Below, piece by piece: positions 20,895 to 32,000 of a stretch of 32,000 nucleotides of DNA. Within the stretch, counting starts at the first letter, position 1. Each line of letters starts with the position of its first letter. The position numbers and the translations under genes are program-made. A model generated the notes under the pieces. It was not told the origin of the DNA, ran no database searches, and saw only the letters and a list, made by a program, of their open reading frames with translations. Source of the DNA: Cupriavidus necator (GTDB lineage Bacteria > Pseudomonadota > Gammaproteobacteria > Burkholderiales > Burkholderiaceae). The stretch lies in NCBI RefSeq assembly GCF_016127575.1, contig NZ_CP066018.1, forward strand, positions 3,330,001 to 3,362,000. Direction: 5' to 3'.

Positions 20895-21177
20895 GGGGAT
20901 GGCGCAATAAATAAATAGATTCAATCTTCCGCAGAAAAGTGCGGCGCAGCACGGTAGAATAGCGGCGATCTTTTCGCTAAGCAATTCCGCAGGGTGCCTG
21001 TCCATGGAACAATCCGGGCCCGGAATTGTCGACAATCTGCGCTACGCGATGAGAGCCGTAGCGCCAGGTCCGCAGCGCCAGTTCGGGGTTGCTTAGCCAA
21101 GCGATCAGTCCGGGAACAGAACTCCAAGAACATACCGGACATGCGCGACAAGTTTTCTACTTTGTTTTGAGGCTCTC

Positions 21178-23562
<2,385 letters not shown>

Positions 23563-23644
23563 AGCATTTGACGTCACAATAACGACATTGCCGGCGCCTT
23601 CTGGCAGCCGGCAGGCACCGGCCCTGCGTCAGGTGTTGCTACTG

Positions 23645-23680
23645 CCCCGCAGACGCTGAAAGGCGCTGCGGGGTTTTTAC
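23645..23680 (+). terminator. Intrinsic terminator after ppsA
   Basis: The stem is CCCCGCAG(a)CGC paired with GCGCTGCGGGG. It is followed by TTTTT (23674-23678). Confidence 0.65.
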
Positions 23681-23714
23681 TTTTCGGGATGTATCTGGAC
23701 GAACGGGAGCTTGG

Positions 23715-24137
23715 ATGGCGTACTACATCTGGTTCGTGGCAGCGGTCGCGCTGGTGATCATCGAGATGAACACCGGCACCTTCTACCTGCTGATGGTGGC
23801 GGTGGGGCTGGCCGCCGGCGGCGTGGGGGCCTTGCTGGGATTGTCGCCGGCCGCGCAGACGCTGGTGGCGGCGCTGGTCGCTGCGGTGCTGATCGCCGGC
23901 CTGCGCCGCACCCGCTTTGGCAAGCTGCGGCGCGGCAACGCCGCCGCCGATCCCAACGTCAATATCGATATCGGCCAGGAGCTGGACGTGCCCGGCTGGG
24001 ACGCCAACGGGCGCGCCCGCGTGCCGTACCGCGGCGCCGACTGGACCGTGGAGCTGGCGCCCAACTGTGCCGCCGCACCAGGACGCCACCGCATCGTCGC
24101 GGTGCGCGGCAGCACCCTGGTCGTGTCTCCCCGCTGA
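23715..24137 (+). CDS. NfeD-family membrane protein
   Basis: It has two or three N-terminal TM helices (YIWFVAAVALVIIEM, FYLLMVAVGLAAGGVGALLGL). The C-terminal soluble OB-like part includes GRARVPYRGADWTVE. It lies immediately upstream of an SPFH gene, which is the canonical pairing. Confidence 0.85.
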   Translation: MAYYIWFVAAVALVIIEMNTGTFYLLMVAVGLAAGGVGALLGLSPAAQTLVAALVAAVLIAGLRRTRFGKLRRGNAAADPNVNIDIGQELDVPGWDANGRARVPYRGADWTVELAPNCAAAPGRHRIVAVRGSTLVVSPR

Positions 24138-24237
24138 AACCCTGTCTTATTGCGCAGCGCGGCAATTGTCGCGCTGCGATCCGTCTGCCGCCGCCTGGCG
24201 GCTCCGTACTGCTGTCTTCTGTCTGGAGGGTCGTTAC

Positions 24238-25170
24238 ATGCTCGCATTTCAGCTTGGTTTGTTGCCGCTGATCATCCTCATTGCCGTTATCGTGCTGATT
24301 GCCAAGGGCATCAAGATCGTGCCGCAGCAGCATGCCTGGGTGCTCGAGCGCCTGGGCCGCTATCACGCGACGCTGACGCCGGGGCTGTCGATCGTGGTGC
24401 CGTTCGTCGACCGCGTCGCCTACAAGCACGTGCTCAAGGAAATCCCGCTGGACGTGCCCAGCCAGGTCTGCATCACCAAGGACAACACCCAGCTGCAGGT
24501 CGATGGCGTGCTGTACTTCCAGGTCACGGACCCGATGAAGGCATCGTATGGATCGAGCAATTTCGTGGTGGCGATCACGCAGCTGTCGCAGACCACGCTG
24601 CGCTCGGTGATCGGCAAGCTGGAGCTCGACAAGACCTTCGAGGAGCGCGAGTTCATCAACCACAGCGTGGTCAACGCGCTGGACGAGGCCGCATCCAACT
24701 GGGGCGTCAAGGTGCTGCGCTACGAGATCAAGGACCTGACCCCGCCCAAGGAGATCCTGCACGCGATGCAGGCGCAGATTACCGCCGAACGTGAAAAGCG
24801 CGCGCTGATCGCGGCGTCGGAGGGCAAGCGCCAGGAGCAGATCAACCTGGCCACGGGCGCGCGCGAGGCGGCGATCCAGAAGTCAGAGGGCGAGCGGCAG
24901 GCCGCCATCAACACGGCCCAGGGCGAGGCGAGCGCGATCCTGGCGGTGGCCGAGGCCAACGCGCAGGCGATCCAGAAGATCGGCAATGCGATCCGCACCG
25001 AAGGTGGCATGGATGCGGTCAACCTGAAGGTGGCCGAGGAATACGTGGCCGCGTTCGGCAACCTGGCCAAGCAGGGCAATACGCTGATCGTGCCGGGCAA
25101 TATGGGCGACATGAGCAGCATGATCGCGGCCGCCCTGCAGATCGTGAAGGGGCAGCAGAAGGCTGCCTGA
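24238..25170 (+). CDS. SPFH/band-7 (stomatin/QmcA-like) membrane protein
   Basis: The product starts MLAFQLGLLPLIILIAVIVLIAKGIKIVPQQHAWVLERLGRY and contains PLDVPSQVCITKDNTQLQVDGVLYFQV. The C-terminal part is a coiled-coil. GGAGGG lies upstream of ATG 24238. Confidence 0.9.
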   Translation: MLAFQLGLLPLIILIAVIVLIAKGIKIVPQQHAWVLERLGRYHATLTPGLSIVVPFVDRVAYKHVLKEIPLDVPSQVCITKDNTQLQVDGVLYFQVTDPMKASYGSSNFVVAITQLSQTTLRSVIGKLELDKTFEEREFINHSVVNALDEAASNWGVKVLRYEIKDLTPPKEILHAMQAQITAEREKRALIAASEGKRQEQINLATGAREAAIQKSEGERQAAINTAQGEASAILAVAEANAQAIQKIGNAIRTEGGMDAVNLKVAEEYVAAFGNLAKQGNTLIVPGNMGDMSSMIAAALQIVKGQQKAA

Positions 25171-25210
25171 AGGGGCTGACGGACACGCCGCGGCAGCGCG
25201 GCGCCGGGGC

Positions 25211-25663
25211 TCAGTCCTTGGCGTCGCCCTTCATGATGCGGGCCTTCTCGCGCTGCCAGTCGCGCTGTTTCTCGGTCTCGCGCTTGTCGAACTGCTTCTT
25301 GCCCTTGGCCAGGCCGATCTCGCATTTGACGCGGCCGCGCGTGTAGTGCAGGTTCAGCGGGACCAGCGTGTAGCCGCGCTGCTCGACCTTGCCGATCAGC
25401 TTCTTGATCTCGTCGGCCTTGAGCAGCAGCTTGCGGGTGCGCACCGGGTCGGGATTGACGTGGGTGGAGGCGCTTTGCAGCGGACTGATATGGGCGCCGA
25501 TCAGGAACATCTCGGCGTCGCGCACCACCACGTAGCCCTCCTTGATCTGCACCCGCCCGGCGCGGATTGCCTTGACCTCCCAGCCTTCCAGCACGATCCC
25601 GGCCTCATAGCGCTCCTCGATGAAGTAATCGAAGAAGGCCTTTTTGTTATCTGCAATGGTCAT
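25211..25663 (-). CDS. smpB: SsrA-binding protein SmpB
   Basis: The product starts [37 protein letters not shown] and contains [25 protein letters not shown]. Confidence 0.97.
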   Translation of the reverse strand: MTIADNKKAFFDYFIEERYEAGIVLEGWEVKAIRAGRVQIKEGYVVVRDAEMFLIGAHISPLQSASTHVNPDPVRTRKLLLKADEIKKLIGKVEQRGYTLVPLNLHYTRGRVKCEIGLAKGKKQFDKRETEKQRDWQREKARIMKGDAKD

Positions 25664-25841
25664 GCGTGCGGGTGGGGTGCGGTAGGGTGGAATTCAGCCG
25701 TTTCGCTGCGGCGCCACATGGCAGGATGCCGCGGGGCGCGCGTGTCGGCTAAAATCCGAATTCTAGCAAACCAGCCCCGGCACAGGCGCATGCCTGCCGC
25801 GCACAGCGTGCGGCATGGCCGCAAGCCAGATTTTCCCATAC

Positions 25842-26279
25842 ATGGCAGACGTCCATAAATCCGTACTGCTCGGCTACTCGGCCGCGCAGATGTACGACCT
25901 GGTCACGCGCGTGGAGGACTATCCCAAGTTCCTTCCATGGTGCGGTGGCGTGGAGGTGTTCGAGCAGACCGATACCATGCTCGACGCCAAGATCCATATC
26001 CACTTCAAGGGGATCCAGCAGTTCTTCCACACCCGCAATACGCAGGAACGCCCCACCCGTATCGACATGACCTTTGCCGACGGGCCGTTCAAGACCTTCA
26101 ACGGCGCATGGCGCTTTACGCCCCTGCGCGAAGACGCCTGCAAGATCGAATTCCACCTGCACTATGAGTTTTCCAGCCTGCTGCTGGAAAAAATCATCGG
26201 CCCGGTCTTCAGCATGATTGCCAATACCTTTGTCGACGCCTTCGTCAAGCGGGCCGAGGTGGTCTATGTCGCCAACTGA
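25842..26279 (+). CDS. ratA: SRPBCC-fold RatA/PasT (Coq10-like) protein
   Basis: The product starts MADVHKSVLLGYSAAQMYDLVTRVEDYPKFLPWCGG. It is divergent from smpB and followed by rnfH, as in many proteobacteria. An alternative ATG lies at 25815. Confidence 0.85.
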   Translation: MADVHKSVLLGYSAAQMYDLVTRVEDYPKFLPWCGGVEVFEQTDTMLDAKIHIHFKGIQQFFHTRNTQERPTRIDMTFADGPFKTFNGAWRFTPLREDACKIEFHLHYEFSSLLLEKIIGPVFSMIANTFVDAFVKRAEVVYVAN

Positions 26280-26613
26280 CGCCGGCGCGGGGACGGTGCA
26301 TATCGCGGTCTGCTATGCGCGGCCCGATAGTGTCTTCCTGAAGGAGATCGACGTGCCAGCCGGCACCACGATTGCCGCGGCCATAGTCGGCTCCGGGCTG
26401 CAGCAGGCCTGTCCGGAGGTGGACCCGTCGACCATGCGGGTGGGCATCTTCGGCAAGCTCAAGACGCCGGAGACGGTGGTGCGCGAAGGCGACCGCGTGG
26501 AGGTTTACCGGCCCTTGACCGCCGATCCCAAGCAGGCGCGCCGCAAGCGGGTGCAGAAGCAGCGCGCGGGCGGCACGCGCGAAGGCCAGAAGTGGTTGCG
26601 CGGCAGCGGTTGA
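26266..26613 (+). CDS. rnfH: RnfH-family (UPF0125, ubiquitin-like fold) protein
   Basis: It contains VHIAVCYARPDSVFLKEIDVPAGTTI and EGDRVEVYRPLTADPKQARRKR. A GAGGTGG SD is present. It overlaps the end of ratA by 14 nt. Confidence 0.85.
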   Translation: MSPTDAGAGTVHIAVCYARPDSVFLKEIDVPAGTTIAAAIVGSGLQQACPEVDPSTMRVGIFGKLKTPETVVREGDRVEVYRPLTADPKQARRKRVQKQRAGGTREGQKWLRGSG

Positions 26614-26633
26614 GCCGAGCCTGCCAGGCATGC

Positions 26634-26660
26634 AAACGGGGCCGATGCGCCCCGTTTTTC
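26634..26660. terminator. Intrinsic terminator between convergent rnfH and the DUF4124 gene
   Basis: A perfect 9-bp stem AAACGGGGC/GCCCCGTTT has a 6-nt loop. TTCTTTGGTTT follows on the plus strand. The signal is weaker when read on the minus strand. Confidence 0.7.
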
Positions 26661-26667
26661 TTTGGTT

Positions 26668-27192
26668 TCAGCTGCAGTTCTTCTCGAGGCTGGCGTTGGT
26701 CTTGAGCACCTCGGCCTGGCGTTGGTCGCTGTTCAGGTGTTGCAGCGAACCGTCCGGACCCGCCACCGCGGCGCGCATGCCTTGCTGCAGGCCGTTGGCG
26801 TAGTTGCGCAGCTGCGCGCAGCGGGCCTCGCGCTCGGCCGCCTCGCTTTCCTTGCGGGCCTCTTCGGTGGCGGCTTTCAGGCTGGCCTCGCGGCGCTTCT
26901 GGAAGGCTTCTTCGGGGGTCGGCGCCGGGGCCGCGGCGGGCTTGGCCGAGGCCTTGGCCGGAGCCGGGGCAGGGGCAGGGGCGGGCGCCCCGGCATTGGC
27001 GGCCTCCACCGGCTGGAGCTCGCCGGCAAAGCGGCCCGGGGCACGCAGCACCCTGGCTGCCGCCGCTGACGGCGGCACGTCGCTGTAGACCATGCGGCCG
27101 TTGGCGTCGCGCCATTGCCAGTAGGCAAGGGCCTGGACGGGAACGGCGAGAGTGGCGGCGGCAAGCAGGCACAGCGCGGACGATCGTTTCAT
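26668..27192 (-). CDS. DUF4124-like secreted protein with an Ala/Pro-rich linker
   Basis: It has a signal peptide MKRSSALCLLAAATLAVPVQALA. This is followed by YWQWRDANGRMVYSDVPP (DUF4124-type N-terminal motif), an (AP)n linker and a charged C-terminal domain with two Cys. I chose the start at 27192. Confidence 0.75.
   Translation of the reverse strand: MKRSSALCLLAAATLAVPVQALAYWQWRDANGRMVYSDVPPSAAAARVLRAPGRFAGELQPVEAANAGAPAPAPAPAPAKASAKPAAAPAPTPEEAFQKRREASLKAATEEARKESEAAEREARCAQLRNYANGLQQGMRAAVAGPDGSLQHLNSDQRQAEVLKTNASLEKNCS
26960..26989. repeat. Short imperfect tandem hexanucleotide repeat (GGNGCN)
   Basis: The sequence ggagcc ggggca ggggca ggggcg ggcgcc encodes APAPAPAPAP on the minus strand, inside the DUF4124 gene. 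Confidence 0.5.
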
Positions 27193-27395
27193 GGCGAGGC
27201 GTCTTAAAGTGACTCGGAAGTAACTGGTGCGGCTGGAATCGTGCTGGGCCGCCGGCTGCGCGCATGGCGATGCCGCGGCAGGACAGCCGCGGCGATGGCT
27301 TGGCGCCCGCCCGGTATCAGGTGCGTAGCGCCGGTTTGACCCTGGTAAAGCTGTTGTTCGTGGCGCGTGTGACCCCCGCGCCATCGTTCGCTAGT

Positions 27396-28391
27396 CTACG
27401 CAGACTTGTCGGTGGCGTGCAAGCGCACCGACCAGGCCACGCCGACCATCAGCAACACAATGGCGGCGATTTCCAGCGGCCGCGGCCAGCGGTGGTCGAA
27501 GACAAAGCCGTAGGCCAGCGCGAACAGCGTCTCGAACACGATCATCTGGCCCGACAGCGTCAGCGGCAGGCGCCGGCTGGCGATGTTCCACAGGTTGTTG
27601 CCAATCAGCGACGCACCCAGCGCCACTGCGGCATTGACCATCCAGAACCACTGCCAGTCACGGCCGCTGTCGCCCGCGGTCAGCGTGTCGCCAGCCAGCA
27701 CCCAGCCGATCACGGCCAGCACCGCCGACACCGCGCCGGTCGACAACCCGTACAGCGCCGACCATTCATTGCCGCTGTAGTGCGGGTTGCGCTGCAGGTA
27801 GCGTGCGTTATCGACCGCGTAGAGCGTCCAGCAGACCAGCGCGCCGGCCGCGCAGCAGACCCCGGCCAGTTTCTGCCAGACCGGCCGGATTGCCGCGCCG
27901 GCTGCCGCCGCGTGGGCGCTCTGGCCGCCGCCGAACAGGTCGATATTGATGCAGGCGATGCCGGCGGCCACCACCAGCAGCGGCCACATCAGCCGCGACA
28001 GCGGCACGGCGCCGTGGTCGCGCCGGCCCATGATGGTGACCGAGATCGGCAGGATGCCGATGATCAGGGAGGTGGGGCCCACCCCGGCGAGCTGCACGCC
28101 GAAGGCCAGCAGCACGTAGTAGAGCAGGTTGCCGGTGAAGGCCTGGCGCAGCAGCGCCACGCAGTCCGCCCGGGTCAGCTTGCGCGCGATGCGCTTCATC
28201 AGCGGCAGCGCGGCCACGAAGGCGACCAGGCCGTAGGCCAGGTAGCGGCCGATGGCCAGCTCCCACGGCGAGAACACGGGCAGCAGCTTGGGGGCGATAA
28301 AGACCATGCCCCAGAAGGCGCCTGCCAGCAGCCCGCACAATACGCCGATTCCCATGCTTCGCGTTCGCCCGAATAAAAGGACGACGAGCAT
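27396..28391 (-). CDS. EamA/DMT-superfamily transporter
   Basis: It has about 10 hydrophobic helices in two halves (GVLCGLLAGAFWGMVFIAPK..., ...LLMVGVAWSVRL). This is typical drug/metabolite-exporter architecture, and the substrate is unknown. The start is ambiguous: ATG 28391 or 28355. ATG 28505 would overlap guaB. Confidence 0.8.
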   Translation of the reverse strand: MLVVLLFGRTRSMGIGVLCGLLAGAFWGMVFIAPKLLPVFSPWELAIGRYLAYGLVAFVAALPLMKRIARKLTRADCVALLRQAFTGNLLYYVLLAFGVQLAGVGPTSLIIGILPISVTIMGRRDHGAVPLSRLMWPLLVVAAGIACINIDLFGGGQSAHAAAAGAAIRPVWQKLAGVCCAAGALVCWTLYAVDNARYLQRNPHYSGNEWSALYGLSTGAVSAVLAVIGWVLAGDTLTAGDSGRDWQWFWMVNAAVALGASLIGNNLWNIASRRLPLTLSGQMIVFETLFALAYGFVFDHRWPRPLEIAAIVLLMVGVAWSVRLHATDKSA

Positions 28392-28447
28392 AGCAGACCG
28401 CTTCCAGGAAAGCCCATTGCAGTGCATCAGCAAAGCGCGCATTCCTG

Positions 28448-29943
<1,496 letters not shown>

Positions 29944-30138
29944 CGCGCAGCGGCTGCGCCCTCCGCCTCGCGGCGGTGCGCGGCCGCAAGATCGTCGGGG
30001 CGAGGGCGCATTGCCGCGGGCGGCGCCTTCGCCTGACCGGAATGCCATCCGGCCGGCCGCTCGCCAAGCCGGTGTTGCCTGAACGTGGGCCGCACCCGCC
30101 GGCCGCACCATCGGCCGGGCCCATGACGAGGAGCGCCA

Positions 30139-30736
30139 ATGAAGGTATTGCTGCGAGCCGTGCTGTTTTTTGATGCCCTGGTGGATTTGATGCTGGGCAT
30201 CCTGCTGTTGATGTCCCCGTTCACCACGCTGTATGCGGCGCTGCAGTTGCCGCAGCCGCAACCGGCCCTGTTCGGGCAGCTGCTGGGCGTGGCACTGGTC
30301 GGCCTGGCCGCGCTGTTGTGGCAGGCAACGTTCAACGGCCAGCTGACGGTGCCAGTGGCGCGCACGGCCGGCTATGTGAACCTGGCCAGCGCAGTGCTGA
30401 TCATTGCCTGGATGGTGTTCATGGAACTGCCGCTGGTCGGCGCGGGCAAGATCTGGCTGCCGGTGATGGCAGTGGTGCTGGCGTTTTTTGCGCTGGTGCA
30501 GATTCCCGCTTCCAGGCGCGTGCGCAACCGCGAAAGGCAGCTGAAGGCCGAGCGTGCGCTGCAGGAACAGGAACACAAGAAGGAAGTCCGCAAGGAACCC
30601 GGCGTCGCCCCCGCGGCGCGCCCAACGAATACCCCAGAATACCGGCGCGAGCCGGTCATCACGCCGCCGCCGGGCTATGGCCCCGGCACGGAAGTCGTGA
30701 CCGAGCCCATCCCGGAAGACACGCCATCGGCCCATC

Positions 30737-30762
<26 letters not shown>
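30139..30762 (+). CDS. Hypothetical 4-TM membrane protein with a charged, Pro-rich C-terminal tail
   Basis: GAGGAG lies 5 nt upstream of the ATG. Third-position GC is high, as in neighbouring genes. There are four hydrophobic segments followed by a tail of about 75 aa rich in Pro and charged residues (Glu/Arg/Lys). I recognise no family motif. Confidence 0.6.

Positions 30763-32000
<1,238 letters not shown>

Noticed and set aside
25171-25841. I looked for a tmRNA (ssrA) gene next to smpB, and for any tRNA or rRNA gene elsewhere in the window.
   Set aside because: The flanks of smpB are a 40-bp convergent gap towards the SPFH gene and a 178-bp divergent spacer towards ratA. Neither has room for a ~360-nt tmRNA, and I saw no tRNA-like acceptor or T-arm ...GGTTCGAATCC-type sequence. 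A covariance-model scan (tRNAscan-SE, ARAGORN, Infernal) would be the definitive check.
23715-26613. I considered whether NfeD-SPFH or ratA-rnfH form a toxin-antitoxin, anti-phage or otherwise novel system.
   Set aside because: Both are widespread, vertically conserved core modules in their usual genomic context. There are no adjacent nucleases, ATPases, proteases, mobile-element genes or compositional shifts that would mark a defence or accessory island.

Overview
This is a high-GC segment (roughly two-thirds G+C by eye, not computed) of a betaproteobacterial chromosome. Protein sequences and gene order look like a Cupriavidus/Ralstonia-type Burkholderiaceae genome, but that is inference and I cannot run a search. 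The window is almost entirely core housekeeping. glnD and map lie on the minus strand. They are followed by the same-strand supercluster rpsB-tsf-pyrH-frr-uppS-cdsA-dxr-rseP-bamA-skp-lpxD-fabZ-lpxA-lpxB-rnhB and a SpoU/TrmH methyltransferase. Next come the divergent ppsR/ppsA pair, an NfeD-SPFH membrane pair, and smpB with divergent ratA-rnfH. The window ends with a DUF4124 secreted protein, an EamA/DMT transporter, and guaB-(unknown membrane ORF)-guaA. All genes are intact. I saw no rRNA, tRNA or tmRNA genes, CRISPR arrays, transposases, integrases, phage genes or defence-type genes. Most other long ORFs in the six-frame track are antisense shadow ORFs or in-frame upstream extensions typical of high-GC DNA. 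I do not find a convincing novel multi-gene system here. The findings are small-scale and of modest interest. The main ones are an unrecognised 4-TM ORF between guaB and guaA that overlaps the guaA start, repeated half-sites in the AT-rich ppsR/ppsA control region, and an A[CG]AATAGCGG motif in three upstream regions. Others are structured leaders before rpsB, tsf and pyrH, a GC-palindrome spacer splitting fabZ from lpxA, and a low-GC3 tail of rseP with a sigmaE-like promoter candidate for bamA.
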